In this document: piece after piece, positions 23,166 to 38,451 of the stretch | How the letters are laid out: the number at the start of each line of letters is the position of its first letter | Numbering within the stretch: the stretch's first letter is position 1 | Assembly: GCA_038087875.1 (NCBI GenBank) | Contig: CM075990.1 | Coordinates: forward strand, 2,916,001-2,980,000 | DNA length: 64,000 bases | From: Malacoraja senta | Taxonomy: Eukaryota | Direction of reading: 5' to 3' | Program-made: the position numbers and the translations under genes | Notes under the pieces: generated by a model | The model's database searches: none | Seen by the model: the letters and a program-made list of their open reading frames with translations, nothing else | Told to the model about the DNA's origin: nothing

Positions 23166-23809
23166 CATAATAATAATAATAATAGATTTTATTTTAAGGG
23201 CGCCTAATACCGAGGTCTCTAGGACACCTTACAATTTAAGAAACATATAAACATATAATCAGTAAAATAAGTCATAAAGACAACACCAATACATAAATTA
23301 AAAACAGAAATTTGATCCAAAAAAGACAACAACAAAATTCAGAAAACACAACATGAAGGGAGAGCAGCGGCAGCCAAACCGCGCCAGCGTCCACTCTCCC
23401 TTCCGACCGCCATGTTGGACATAGACTAACACAGACACTTAACACTACACACAAAATCATCCCCCCACAATGGTTACCACTGTGGGGGAAGGCACAATGT
23501 CCAGTCCCCAACCCAGTTCTCCCCAGAGTCAGGCCCATCGAGGCCGCCACAGTTGCCTCTACGGAGGCCCGATGTTCCTGGCCGTCGGGAGAGTCCTCGC
23601 AGCGGCTGGAACGGACGGTTTCCCAGCGGAGTCCATGGCACCTGAAGCCGACAGGGCCGCGCCGATTTGGAGCCACGAGGCTCCTGATGTTAAAGTCTGC
23701 GCCGCCGCCCACGGCTGGTCGCTCCGCAGACCCGCAGCCCGGAGGTGTTGATCTCGGCGGTCACCGCATACGGGAGCTCCAGCGCGTCGACCCAGCGCGG
23801 CGACCCAGG
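23166..23809 (-). mobile_element. GC-rich non-autonomous retroposon with L2-like (TAT)n tail; 5' end lost in the gap
   Basis: Minus strand ends tgtaaggtgtcc...aggcgcccttaaaataaaatctattattattat; shares the gcctt-hairpin-gatg module with 12178-12989. Confidence 0.65.
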
Positions 23810-24009
23810 NNNNNNNNNNNNNNNNNNNNNNNNNNNNNNNNNNNNNNNNNNNNNNNNNNNNNNNNNNNNNNNNNNNNNNNNNNNNNNNNNNNNNNNNNNN
23901 NNNNNNNNNNNNNNNNNNNNNNNNNNNNNNNNNNNNNNNNNNNNNNNNNNNNNNNNNNNNNNNNNNNNNNNNNNNNNNNNNNNNNNNNNNNNNNNNNNNN
24001 NNNNNNNNN
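23810..24009. other. Assembly gap (200 N)
   Basis: Run of N. Confidence 1.
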
Positions 24010-24289
24010 AGTCAATAGGTGCAGGAGTAGGCCATTCGGCCCTTCGAGCCAGCACCGCCATTCAATGTGATCATGACTGATCATCCCAATCAGTACCCGT
24101 TCCTGCCTTCTCCTCATATCCCCTGACTCGGCTATTTTTAAGAGCCCTATCTAGCTCTCTCTTGAGACAGTCACGGGGAGAAAGGAACAAACTCCGTACA
24201 AACGGCGCCCGTTGTCAGGATCGAACCTGTGTCTCTGGCGCTGTAAGGCAGCAACTCTACCGCTGCACCACCCATGCCACCCTAAACTG

Positions 24290-25205
24290 TTGTTAAGCTG
24301 GAAGAACACAGAGAATATTTATGAGAATGTTGCCAGGTCTCGAAGGGCTTGAGCTATAGGAGAGTGTAAAATCTAGGTCATTATTCCTTGGAGCGCAGGA
24401 GGCTGAGATGATCTTCTAGAGGTGTATTTGTTTAAGAAAGAACTGCAGATGCTGGAAAAAATGATAGGTAGACAAAATGCTGGAGACACTCAGCGGGTGA
24501 AGCAGCATCTATGGAGCAAAGGAATAGGTAGCGTTTTGGGTCAAGACCCTTCTTCAGACTTCTATAGAAGTGTATAAAGTCATGAGGGGAATAGATCGGG
24601 TGAATGCACCATCTTTTACCCAGGATAGGGGGGAATCCAGAACAGATATATGGTTTTAAGGTGAGAGGGGAAAGATTTAATGGGCACTGGTTTAAATATT
24701 GTCATTGTATCTCCCTCAACTACCTCCTCTGGCAAAGAAGACACAAAATGCTGGAGTAACTCAGCAGGTCTGGCAGCATACCTGGAGAACATGGATTGGC
24801 AACGTTTCAATCGGAATTCTTCTTCAGACAAACTACAGACTTTTCAACCCTATCCATGTTCTCCAGCGATGCTGCCTGACCTGCTGAGTTACTCCAGCAT
24901 TTTGTTTCTTTCTTTGGTATAAACTAGCATCTGCAGTTTCTTCTCTGTCAGCTCATTCCATAAACCAAAGGGCAACATTTCACTCAGAGGGTATTGGGGT
25001 ATATGGAATGAGCTGCCAGAAGAGGTAGTTGAGTCTGGTATAATAACAGCATTTAGAAAACACTAGGACAGGTACATGGATAAGAAAGGATTAGAGGGAT
25101 ATGGGCTAAATGCCGGCTAATGGGACTAGCTGAGATGGGTGCCTTGGTCAGCAGGGATGATTGAGCTGAAAGGCCTGTTTCCCTGTTGTATGACTAGGAT
25201 TCTAA
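24290..25205 (+). mobile_element. HER1-type CR1 fragment interrupted by pseudo-LTR units and an inverted piece
   Basis: HER1 blocks at 24290-24428, 24560-24685 and 24965-25205; pseudo-LTRs at about 24430-24560 and 24738-24940. Confidence 0.75.
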
Positions 25206-25231
25206 ACTCTTTTACTTCAGCCAAGCCAAGT

Positions 25232-25541
25232 CTAGTTTAGTTTAGAGATAAAAGCAAGGAAACCGGCCCTTCGGCCCACCAAGTCCGCGGCGACCAGCAA
25301 TCCCCACACACTAACCCTACCCGACACACTAGGGACAATTTACAATTCTTACCCAAGCCAATTAAACCTACAACCCCCACGTCTTCGGAATGTGTGAGGA
25401 AACCGGAGCACCCGGAGAAAACCCACGCAGGTCACGGGGAGAACGTACAAACTGCGTACAGACGGCACCCGTAGTCGGGATCGAACACGGGTCTCCGGCG
25501 CTGTGAGGCAGCAACTCTTCCGCTGCGCCACCGTGCCGCCC
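25232..25541 (-). mobile_element. HE1/V-SINE, full length
   Basis: Reverse complement starts gggcggcacggtggcgcagcgg. Confidence 0.9.
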
Positions 25542-26449
25542 CTCAAGATTGTTTCATTGCCACATGCACGGGGACCAAATAATGAAATTCTAACGTTGCA
25601 GCTTCACAGGCACATTAGATCTTCTAATGGAGGGATTCAGAGAGGCTATGTACCTAGACCATGATGGTGATCTTAAGCTTACATTAATCCAAAGTACTGA
25701 AACCACAAGCAATGCACTTACTTCTCTGAAATTACCAAGCTCTGATCATTCACACCCTGCAAACTTTTATTGTACGTTTTATGTGGATATTATTGGCGTT
25801 TATTGCCAATCCCTAACTACCCTCTAAAGGCTGATAGCCGTTCCTTCTCTTGAACCGCTGTTGAAGCTGCTTTCACAATGCACGGTGGCGGCAGCGGTAG
25901 AGTTGCTGCCTCACAGTGCCAGAGACCCGGGTTCAATCCTGACTATCTGTACGGAGTTTGCACGTTCTCCCCGTGACCTTAGTGGATTTCTCTGGGATCT
26001 TTGATTTCCTCCCACACTCCAAAGACGTACGGGTTTGTAGGTTAATTGGCTTGGTATATATGTCAAATTATCCCTAATGTGTATCGGATAGTATACCTAT
26101 AGTCTGGGGATCACTGGTCGGTGCAGATCCAGTGGGCCAAAGGGCCTATTTCTGTGCTGTATCTCTGAAATAAACTAAACACCAGTGGTAGGGGGGCAAG
26201 AAGCTATTACAAGACATGGGGAGATCACAATACTTCTACGTTGGGACAGCATCTTGTGACTTAAAGGGTGTGTTCTTACTCCATCCTTGCCCACACATTT
26301 TTCTCTTCTGTGTAGTCACAGGATTAGACAAAGCTGTGGGTCTGGCCGCGGTGAGTAACGGGAGTGCATTTTGTAGATGGTTCACAGTGACCTAGGCAGA
26401 CAATGTTTGATCGTTCATCCGCAACTCTCTCTGGTTCACTTGCCCCTTC

Positions 26450-27165
26450 CCACCCTCCCCAAACCACCCCCCTCCCCGGGAACTTTCCCCCTGCAACCGC
26501 AGGAGATGCAACACCTGTCTTATATCTCCCCCCTCTACTCCGCCCAGGGAACCGACAATCATTTCAGGTGAGGCAGAGGTTCACTTGTGCCTCCTCCAAC
26601 CTCATCTACTGTATCCCTGTGTTCTCGGTGTGGGCTCCTATATAGACCAAACGTGGACTGGGCGATCGTTTCGCTGAACACTTACGCTCAGACCGCCTTG
26701 GCTTTTTAACTCCCTCTCCCATTTCCGTCCTGGGCCTCCTCCACTGTCAGAGTGAGGTCACTCGTTAATTGGAGCAACAGCACCTCATATTCTGCTTGGG
26801 CAGCCTATGGACTTTGATTTCTCTAATTTCAAGTAACTGCTGCATTCCTTCCCCCTTCCCCGCACTGGTCATCCTGCTAGTTCTACTATTCACATCCTGT
26901 CAATACCACACCTCCCCCTGCCAACAATGGGCCATTGTGGGCTCCACCCTTCCTGAGGTCATCTGTTGCCGGCCCTGATTTATTCTGACCTTTCTCACCT
27001 CTAGTTTATTCCCTCCACCCCACCCCCCCCCGTATCTATCAGTCTGAAGAAAGGTTCAGACCCAAATCATCACCTACTCCATTTCTCCAGAGATGCTGCC
27101 TGACTCGCTAAGTTACTCCAGCATTTGTGTCTATCTTTGGTCTGAACCAGCAGTTCCTTCCTACA
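26450..27165 (+). mobile_element. Penelope-like element 3' fragment (degraded GIY-YIG, UTR, pseudo-LTR)
   Basis: SFQVRQRFTCASSNLIYCI and LEQQHLIFCLGSL remnants, then gtctgaagaaagg core. Confidence 0.85.
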
Positions 27166-27421
27166 CAACGTCTTCTGCTGATGGATATCACATGGTGAGC
27201 TGGCTTGTCTTGGGTGCTTGTTGGAGCAAATAGAAAGGCCATGCGTAGTGATGTGTGAAATAACGGGTAATTTATTCAAACTGGTGCGCATCAGGAGACC
27301 CGTCACGGCTGTTCTCCTGAGCGCAACTTTAATACAGTTTTTATATTCACAGCTGACAAGATGTACACAAAAACTTGAATAACCATAAAACTAGGATTAT
27401 AAAATGGAGGTTACTTAACGG

Positions 27422-27896
27422 TAACATCGGGAGCTCGCGGGTCCCTGGTGGGAGACCGCTTTTCGGCGCTCCCGCAACAGCAACTTCTCCCGCCCGAGTT
27501 GCGGGGTTGAAGATGAACTGGAGCTGGGTCTAACATCGCCTGGCGCGGCTTAATGGCTGCGGGACTTGCTAGCGCTACCGGGGGCTCCAACATCCAGACC
27601 CGGAGGGCGGCCTTGGATCACCCGGCGCGGCTTTAATGGGCGCGGGACTTATTTCCATCGCCCGCCGGGGGCTCTGACTCTGACATCGGGAGGAGAATGG
27701 GGAGTTCAGGGGAGAGATAAGACTTTGCCTTCCAGCACAGCGAGGAGGAGATTCGCTGTGATGGATGTTTGTGTAAATTGTGTTGTGTCTTGGTTCTTTT
27801 TCTGTTGTATGACTGCAGAAACCAAATTTTCGTTTGAACCTCATTTGAGGTTCAAATGACAATAAATGGTATTGTATTGTATTGTATTGTATTGTA
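27422..27896 (+). mobile_element. GC-rich non-autonomous retroposon, 5' truncated, (TATTG)n tail
   Basis: Collinear with 12555-12989 (cgggagctcgc, ctcccgcaacagcaactt, gcctt hairpin, gactgcag...aatgacaataaa). Confidence 0.75.
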
Positions 27897-27924
27897 AATA
27901 ACAAACTAGGTAACACAAGGGTTA

Positions 27925-28862
27925 ATAGCAAATTTGCAGATGACACAAAGCTGGGTGGCAGTGTGAACTGAGGAGGATGCTATGAGAATGCAGGGTGACT
28001 TGGACAGGTTGGGGGAGTGGGCAGATGCATGGCAGTTGTAGTTTAATGTGGATAAATGTGAGGTTATCCACTTTGGTAGCAAAAACAGGAAGGCAGGTTG
28101 CTATCTAAATGGTGTCAAGTTGGGAAAAGGGGAAGTACAACATGATCTGGGTGTCCTTGTTCATCGGTCAATGAAAGTAAGCATGCAGGTACAGCAGGCA
28201 GTGAAGAAAGCGAATGGCATATTGGCCTTCATAACAAGAGTAGTTGAGTATAGGAGCAAAGAGGTCCTTATGCAGTTGTACAGAGCCCTAGTGAGACCAC
28301 ACCTGGAGTATTGTGTGCAGTTTTGGTCCCCTAATTGAGGGAGGACATTCTTGCTATTGAGGGAGTGCAGCATAGGTTTACAAGGTTAATTCCCGGGATG
28401 GCGGGATTGTCATATACCGAGAGAATGGAGCAGCTGGGCTTGTACTCTGGAGTTTAGAAGGATGAGAGGATATCTTATTGAAACATATATGATTGTCAAG
28501 GGTTTGGACACGTTAGAGGCAGGAAAATGTTCCCGATGTTGGGGGAGTCCAGAACCAGGGTCCACAGTTTAAGAATAAGGGATAAGCCATTTAGAACCGA
28601 AACGAGGAAACACTTTTTCTCAGAGAGTGGTGAGTCTGTGGAATTCTCTGTCTCAGAGGCAGTGGAGGCCGGTTCTCAGGATACTTTCAAGAGCTAAATA
28701 GGGCTCTTAAAGATAGCAGTCAGGGGATATGGGGAGAAGGCAGGAACGGGGTACTGATTGTGGATGATCAGCCATGATCACATTGAATGGCGGTGCTGGC
28801 TCAAAGGGCCGAGTGGCCTACTCCTGCACCTATTGTCTATTGTCTATTGTCTATTGTCTATC
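27925..28862 (+). mobile_element. CR1 LINE 3' 0.9 kb, disabled
   Basis: KFADDTKLGG RT motif through VDKCEVIHFG and [15 protein letters not shown]; stops and frameshifts; (ctattgt)n tail. Confidence 0.95.
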
Positions 28863-30059
28863 CATAAATCTAACTTCCGTTCTCAGTAGATCCAACATTC
28901 TGTTACAATGATGGGTTGACACTGCAACATAATTAATGACGTTCCTGATACTTGGTTGTCCTCACTGCTGCATTCCATGCCTCTACTTTTAGGCTTTGTC
29001 TGCAGTTCCCTGTTATCATATTAGCACCATCCACGTCCCTATTTACTGGTCATTGGCCCTCACTGTTCTCTCCCCTACAACTGCTGTTAACCTTTTTAAT
29101 TTAGTTTAGAGATACAGCCTCGAAACAGGCCCTTTGGACCCACCATGTCCGCACCGACCATCGATCACCCATTCACACTGGTTCTATCTTCTTCTACTTT
29201 CTCATCCATTCTCTCTACACATTAAAGGCAATTTTACGAGGCCAATTGGTTCAGTTTAGTTCAAACAGCATAGAAACAGGCCCTATGGCCCACTGAGTCC
29301 AAACCGTCCATCCGTTCACACTAGTTCTATGTTATCCCACTTTCTCATCCACTCCTTACACGCAAGGGGCAATTCACAGCGGTCAATTAATATCCACACC
29401 CGCACGTCTTTGGGATGTGGAAGGAAACCAGAGCACCCGGAGGAAACCCATGTCATCACAGGAAGAACATGCAAACTCCATTCAGACAGCACCAGAGGTC
29501 AGGATCGAACCTGGGTCTCTGGTGCTGTCAGCAGCAGCTCCACCCGCTGCACCGCTGTGTCACAACGATACAATCGGAGATATTGCATCCAAATGCAATG
29601 AAAAGTCCTTAAGAGTTGACCGTCTGGCTTTTTTCTATTACATTGTTTTATTCAAGTGTGCAGGAAGGATAGAGAGAGGAGGTTAGGGGTTATACATTTC
29701 CCGTGGAGAAGATACAGCAGCTATACTCAAATTTGTGACTATTTTGCTCACAGCAATTTATTTTCTGTCAATTTTCTGACAATCACATTAGCTGAAGACA
29801 ACCTGTTAAAAACTAAGCCGGCATAACCAATTGTGCGCTTTGGATAAAGCTACCACTGTATATTTCATTGTACACACACTTTAGGATGTCTGGGTGCCAA
29901 TAGATGCCAATATATAGGTGTTAGATTTGTGCCCTATGTTTCTGGGGGTAGATGGGGTGAGGGGAGGGGGATGGGGGGGGGGGTTGGGTGGTTACAAATG
30001 ATCAGGCCAATGCAATCACCACACACGCAGCAAATGCCAGCCAGAACCACACAAGATCA

Positions 30060-30390
30060 GGGCAGCATGGTGGCGCAGCGGGTAGAGCTGCCTGCTCACA
30101 ACGCCAGAGACCCGGGTTCGATCCTGACCACGGGAGTGGAGCTTGCGCACGTGTGCGCGTTCTCCCTGTGACCACGTGGGTTTTCCTCCGGGTGCTCCGG
30201 TTTCCTCCCACACTCCAAAGACGTACAGTTTTTTTAGGTTGATTGGCTTCGGTAAAATTATAAAATTGTCCCTAGTGTGTGTGGGATAGTGCTAGTCTAC
30301 GGGGATTGCTGATCGGTCAGCACGGACCCGGTGGGCTGAAGGGCCTGTTTCCACGCTGTATCTCTAAACTATACTAAACGAAACTAAACG
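30060..30390 (+). mobile_element. HE1/V-SINE
   Basis: Head with ggttcgatcc B box, V-domain, tail. Confidence 0.9.
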
Positions 30391-32175
30391 CAGGGCGATA
30401 GGCTGAGGTTGAATCTGGAGAAGGGCCCCGATTTGAAACATCACCTATCCTGTCTCAAGAAGGGCCTCGACCCGAAACGTCACCATTCCTTCTCTCCAGA
30501 GATGCCGCCTGACCTGCTGAAGTTAGTCCAGCACTTTGTGTCCTTTTTGGAGGTTTCGCTTGTTTTGTTTGCCAAAGGTGAATTGAACTCGGTTATTATC
30601 ACAGAATAAAACTGGCTCAGTGGCGAAAAAACAGACTCATAGACAGAGCTGCATGACTTGTTCCCATTGCCTCAGGTAACATTAGCCAGTGAAAATTCAC
30701 AACCCCCTGCCCACCTACTCTAATTAACAGAATTACAATTATGCAAATCAAATACACAAGGGATCAGAGGTGACACCTCCTAAAACTAATGGCGATAAAA
30801 AAAATAAAGTTTCGATGAGATTCAGTCACACATTTTCTCACTCGACACAATCTGACGTTTAATTGGATACTAAATTTGGAACACCGCAACTAAACACGTC
30901 GCCCTCCGGCTTTGTAAGTAAAGTGGGATTTTGAGGAAACTTTTCTGATTCAGTTTGCAATATCATTCTGTCCTCTAACATTTCCCAAATGGTCATTTAA
31001 CAGACCAAGCTCCACCGATAGTTATCAGGTGCAAACGCATCAGGAGTTGGTGCTGTTCATTTCTCACTGGCTAAATGCACAGACGAATAGCTGCTTTTTC
31101 TGGACAATATCTAAGATGGCAATATTCTGCTGAGAAGCACCGTGAATTAAAAAGCAAGAGGATGCCAGAAATTATCAGCGGGTCGGGCGGCATCTGTGTA
31201 GGAAGGAGCTGCAGATGCTGATTTGAACCAAAGTCAGATTCAAAATGGCAATGAGGAGGAATTTCTTTAGTCGGAAGGTTGTGAATCTGTGGAATTCCCT
31301 GCCACAGTGGGCTGTGGAGGCCGCGGATATCTTTAAGGCACAGATAGATAGATTCTTGATTAGTTCGGATGTCAGGGGTTATAGGGAGAAGGCAGGAGAA
31401 TGGGGTTAGATGGATCAGCCATGTTTGAATGGCGGAGTAGACTTGATGGGCCGAATGGCCTAATTCTGCTCCTTATGAGCTTAAGATAAAAAGCTGGAGT
31501 AACTCAGCAGGTCAGACAGCATCTCCGGAGAAAAGGACCAGATGACTTTTCAGGTCGAGACCCTTTCTTCATCTGTGTACTTGAGTTTGAACATTGTATT
31601 TATGGATGATACTGTATGTCTCATGCGTTAGCTCGTGTGTCAGATGATGTAGCTCGCTGTTGGCTTCTGTCATCGTCCAACATGTTGACAGAATTGTCGC
31701 CCGACGCGTCACAAAGTGCATCGCGTCATCGCTTCCAGGGATCACCACGAGGAGGCTTCTGTCATGATCCCCTCTGTGTGTCTGATCTGTTTAGATAGCA
31801 CGCAAAACAAAGCTTGTCACTGAACCTCACTGCATGTGACAATCATAAAGCTAAAGCTGACCTTAAACCTAATAACCCTTTGTGTAGGAAGGAACTGCAG
31901 AGGCTGGTTTATAGACACAAAAGGCCAGGCAGCATCTCTGGAGAAAAGGAATAGTTGATGTTTTGGGTGGGAATCCTTCTCCAGACTCGAATAACCATTT
32001 GCCAGGATGGGTGTGTACTGTGTTCTACCTTGTAGGACACTAAGTCAAGAGTCAAGAGTGTTTTCTTGTCATATGTCCGAGATAGAACAATGTAATTATT
32101 TAATTGTGTATCCCTTTGTGTCGGAAGGAACTGCAGATGCTGGTTTATACCGAAGGTAGACACAAAATGCTGGAG

Positions 32176-32836
32176 CCACATCAGGAGGTGCAGATCCTGA
32201 GCCAGCAACATTATGGGGGACCCCTACCCCCCCAGCAACCGACTGTTCCAGCTGCTACGGTCAGGCAAACGCCTCCGCTGTCACGCTGTGAAAACAGAGA
32301 GGATGAGACGGAGTTTCTTCCCACAGGCCATCAGGACTGTAAACTCTTATCTCACCAGGGACTAATTTACTGTTGTGTTGTGTCGTTTTTAAATTGCTGT
32401 TTTTTTTTTTCTATTATGTTAATACTGATTCTGTTCTATTCTTTTTTTCTTCTTTTTTTTTTAGAAGCAATTGTACAAGACTAAAGCAATCGGCACAACA
32501 ATTATACAATTTTCGTACAGCCTCATTTTTAACATCTTATAAATTGATACACGAAAAAGGAAAGAATTAAGAAAAATACAAAAAAGAGAGAAGAAAAGAC
32601 CCCTGAACTACCAAAGAAATGCAAGGAGAAAAAAGAGAGAAAAGAAAAAAAAAAACACAGAGATATGTCCCACTATCCTTCCCTTTTTGCTGTTTTTTAA
32701 ATATTATGTAAATACTGATTCTGTTCTATTCTGTTCTGTAGTTTTTTGCACAATCCACAGGCATTGCCACTTTCATTTCACTGCACATCTTGTATGTGTA
32801 TGTGACAAATAAAGTTGACTTGACTTGACTTGACTT
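32176..32836 (+). mobile_element. Rex1/Babar-type 3' end containing a minus-strand L1-like UTR insert (32443-32683)
   Basis: LFQLLRSGKRLRCHAVKTERMRRSFFPQAIRTVN remnant; (cttga)n tail; poly-T-led insert flanked by a long duplication. Confidence 0.75.
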
Positions 32837-33339
32837 GGAGAACATGGATAGGTGGCGTCTCGGGTCAGGACCCTTCTTCAGACTGATTGTGTGTGTGTGT
32901 GTGTGTGTGGGGAGGGGAGGAGGGGGGAGGTGGGTGATGGTAGAAAGAAAGCTGGGAGAGAGGAGGGCAGGCCAAAGCACGGCAAGTCATTCTACCTTTT
33001 CCGATCTTTAGGATTCAGAGTTATCCCCACCTCTGAGGAGCAAGAGTGACTGAGAACAATGACAGTGAAGTGTAACTGTTGACAACAGGTACAATTAACA
33101 CATTGAGGGGCCTCAACCAAGCCCAGTAATTCATGTTTTCCACAATACTCTGCTTAACATTTAGCGATGTTTAAGTATCTTTGAAGTGTGTTCGCTGTTC
33201 GTTATAACGCAACAAAGGTGGAACACAGACAGTAGTAAGTTTCCACTAAACATTTTTGTTTTATTGACATTGCTTTAGTTTAGTTTAGTTTAGTTTAGAG
33301 ATACAGTGTGGATACTGGCCCTTCAGCCCACCGAGGGTT

Positions 33340-33726
33340 GCCATTGAAACATACGGAATAGTGAACGGCTTGGATGGAGTGGATGTGGAGAGGATGTTTC
33401 CACTAGTGGGAGAGTCTAGGACTAGAGGTCATAGCCCCCAGAATTAAAGGACGTTCTTTTAGGAAGGAGACGAGGAGAAATTTCTTTAGACAGGGGGTGG
33501 TGAATGTGTGGAATTCTTTGCCACAGACGGCTGTGGGGGACAAGTCAGTGGATATTTTTAAGGCAGAGATAGATAGATTCTTGATTAGTAAGGGTGTCAG
33601 GGGTTATGGGGAGAAGGCAGGAGAATGGGGTTAGGTGGGAGAGATGGATCAGCCATGATTGAATGGCGGAGTAGACTTGATGGGCCGAATGGCCTAATTC
33701 TACTCCTATCCCTCATGACCTTATGA
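33340..33726 (+). mobile_element. CR1 LINE 3' fragment inserted into a SINE tail
   Basis: SINE cccaccgag| resumes |gagtccacgccgaccagc after the CR1 tail. Confidence 0.85.
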
Positions 33727-34051
33727 GTCCACGCCGACCAGCAATTCTACTACTGCGCCACTGTTCTGCCCCAATAGCTGTATAGACTTTAATTCTCTGA
33801 AGATAGAACACAAAAAGCTGGAGTAACTCAGTGGGTCAGGCAGCATCTCTGGAGAAACGGAATAGGTGACATTTCGGGTCGAGACCCTTCTTCAGACCAG
33901 AATCCTTCCTACTTCCTCCAGAATCCTTTTGTCTGCTCTACTGCGAAACCTCCTCAAGGTATGCCTACTTGGTAGAAGTTCTCCCCCTTTCGCTGAAGGG
34001 CAGTCTGAAGAAGGTTGCTGAATAGGTGGGCTGAAGGGCCTGTTTCCATGC

Positions 34052-34403
34052 TTTAGTTTAGTTTAATTTAGTTTAGTTTAGTTTAGAGATACAGCACAGA
34101 AACAGGCCCTTCGGCCCACCGAGTCCGTGCTGACCAGCGATCCCCGCACATTAACACTACCCTACACAAACTAGGGATAATTTACACTTACACCAAGTAG
34201 GCAAACCAAAGCCTCTTACCCTACAAACCTGCACGTCTTCGGAATGTGAGAGGAAACCGAAGATCTCGGAGAAAACCCACGCGGTCACGGGGAGAGCGTA
34301 CGAACTCCTTACACACAGCACCCGTGGTCGGGATCGAACCCGGGTCTCTGGCGCTGCAAGGGCTAAAAGGCTGCAACTCTACTGCTGCGCCACTGTGCCG
34401 CCC
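34052..34403 (-). mobile_element. HE1/V-SINE
   Basis: (tttag)n tail, V-domain, head. Confidence 0.9.
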
Positions 34404-34744
34404 CAAAAACGAAACTGAACTAATAGGCTCATTGCAGCTGCAATGGGGTGAAGGAGGCATGTAACGTAGAAGCAAAAATAAGACCATCAAAAGAAAAGTT
34501 ACAATGAAAACTCGACACGTCAAATGTTGCATTAATAGCTCTCTTCCTATCGGCGAGTTGCTGCAAATTTGGTATCACATGCGGTTGCCTGCATCAGTGA
34601 GATTCATGTATTGACAGTATCGATTGCATGTGATATAGTGGGCAGAGCAGAGCTGACCTCCAAAGTGAATGAATATATCATTATCTATGACAGAGCTCGA
34701 CAGGGAGACCACCCATGCTGTGTATCAGCACGGAATTTGCTTAA

Positions 34745-35403
34745 GATAGACACAAAATTGTGGGGGATAACTCAGAGGGACCGGCAGCATCTCGGGAGAG
34801 AAGGAATGGGTGACGTTTCGGGTCGAGACCCTCCTTCAGCATCTGAGAGTCAGGAGAGAGGGAGACTGGAGATGCGGAAGGGTAAGGTGTGAAAAGGACA
34901 GATCAAAGCAGACGATGGTCAAGGAAATGCTGGAGAAGGGTCTCGACCCGAAACGTCACCCGTTCCTTCTCTCCAGAGATGCCGCCTGTCCCGCTGAGTC
35001 ACTCCAGCATTTTGTGTCTGGAATGGTTCATTGTTGGCTGATGGGAAGGTGACAATGAGGCAGAATCAGTAGAATTAATCAGGAGGACAGTGAAACGATC
35101 GGAGAACTAGGGTGGGGGAGGTGTGTAGGAAGGAACTGCAGATGCTGGTTTAAACCGGACAGACACAAAATGCTGGAGTAACTCAGCGGGACAGGCAGCA
35201 TCTCTGGAGAGAAGGAATGGGTGACATTTCGGGTCTGAATGGTCACACATTCCTTCTCTCCAGAGATGCTGCCTGTCCCGCTGAGTTACTCCAGCTGTTT
35301 GTGGCCATCTAGGGCGGGGGAGGGATGGAGAGAGAGGGAAAGCCAGGATTACTTGAAGTTAGAGAAGTCAATATTCATGTCATTGGGATGTAAGCTGCCC
35401 AAG
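34745..35403 (-). mobile_element. PLE 3' end hosting two further pseudo-LTR insertions
   Basis: ttacttgaagttagagaagtcaatattcat marks the ORF end (NIDFSNFK*); palindromic insert 35122-35308 has TSD ctaggg(t/c)gggggagg. Confidence 0.85.
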
Positions 35404-35654
35404 TTAGCTTAATCCATGCCCAAATCACTCAACATGTGAAACACTTTCACTGCAGCAGTGTCATATGTTTATTCAATTCTATGGTCTTTCCTGCTCATGT
35501 TTGTCCACCCTGCTCCTTCTGAGCGGGTTGAATCTAGCTGGGCTGTGACAGCCACTCAGTGTTTCCTGAATGGTCATTTGTATGTTAGGAGATATAGGAA
35601 GTATCAGAGGGCAATAGGCCATTGGAGGCACTCCAACTGTGTCTGATCCACTCT

Positions 35655-37620
<1,966 letters not shown>

Positions 37621-37789
37621 ACCCAGAGTGGAAGCGGTGAAGTGGAAGAATAGCTGATGTTTTGCTTTGCAGTCTGAGATCCTAGGACTAACCTGTCCTA
37701 CCAACGGCTACAACAGGGCAACAGCTTACACAGTGCCATCAATAGTTGTGTGACTCAGAAATTAGTACAGGTCCACCAACAATCAAGGG

Positions 37790-37929
37790 TCAAGGGTCAA
37801 GATTGTTTTATTGTCATATGTCCCAGATAGAACAATGAAATTCTTGCTTGCTGCAGCACAACAGAATATGTAAACATAATAAATAATATAACAACAATTC
37901 AGAAAAAAAAGAACAAACAATAACAGTGC

Positions 37930-37965
<36 letters not shown>

Positions 37966-38350
37966 ACTAATAATAATAATAATAGTCTATTGTAGTTCAG
38001 AGCTTATGAGGTTGTAGTGTTTAATAGCCTGATGGCTGAAGGGAAGAAGCTGTTCCTGAACCTGGACGTTACAGTTTTCAAGCTCCTGTACCTTCTTCCT
38101 GATGGCAGGGGTGAAATGAGTGAGTGGCCAGGATGGTGTGGGTCTCTGATGATGTTGGCTGCCTTTTTGAGGCAGCAAGTTCGATAGATCCCTTCGGCGG
38201 TGGGGAGGTCAGAGCCGGTGATGGACTGGGCAGTGGTCACAACTTTTTGCAGTCTTTTCTGTCCTGGACGTTCAAGTTGCTGAACCAGGCCACGATGCAA
38301 CCAGTCAGAATGCTCTCTACTGTGCACCTGTAGAAGTTCAAGAGAATCCT
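37790..38350 (-). mobile_element. Rex1/Babar-type LINE 3' fragment with internal (AAT)n
   Basis: KRLQKVVTTAQSITGSDLP...RDPHHPGHSLISPLPSGRRYRSLK...SFFPSAIRLLN. Confidence 0.9.
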
Positions 38351-38451
38351 CTTTGAATCCTCTCCTCAATTTTATGGCAACTGGGGGTCCGGCCCCCTCC
38401 TTTAATCCAGACAAAAACAAAATCACAAAGGTGTATTTGACAACTCCGCTT

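Noticed and set aside
23687..24117. ORFs spanning X runs
   Set aside because: Artefacts of the 200-N gap.
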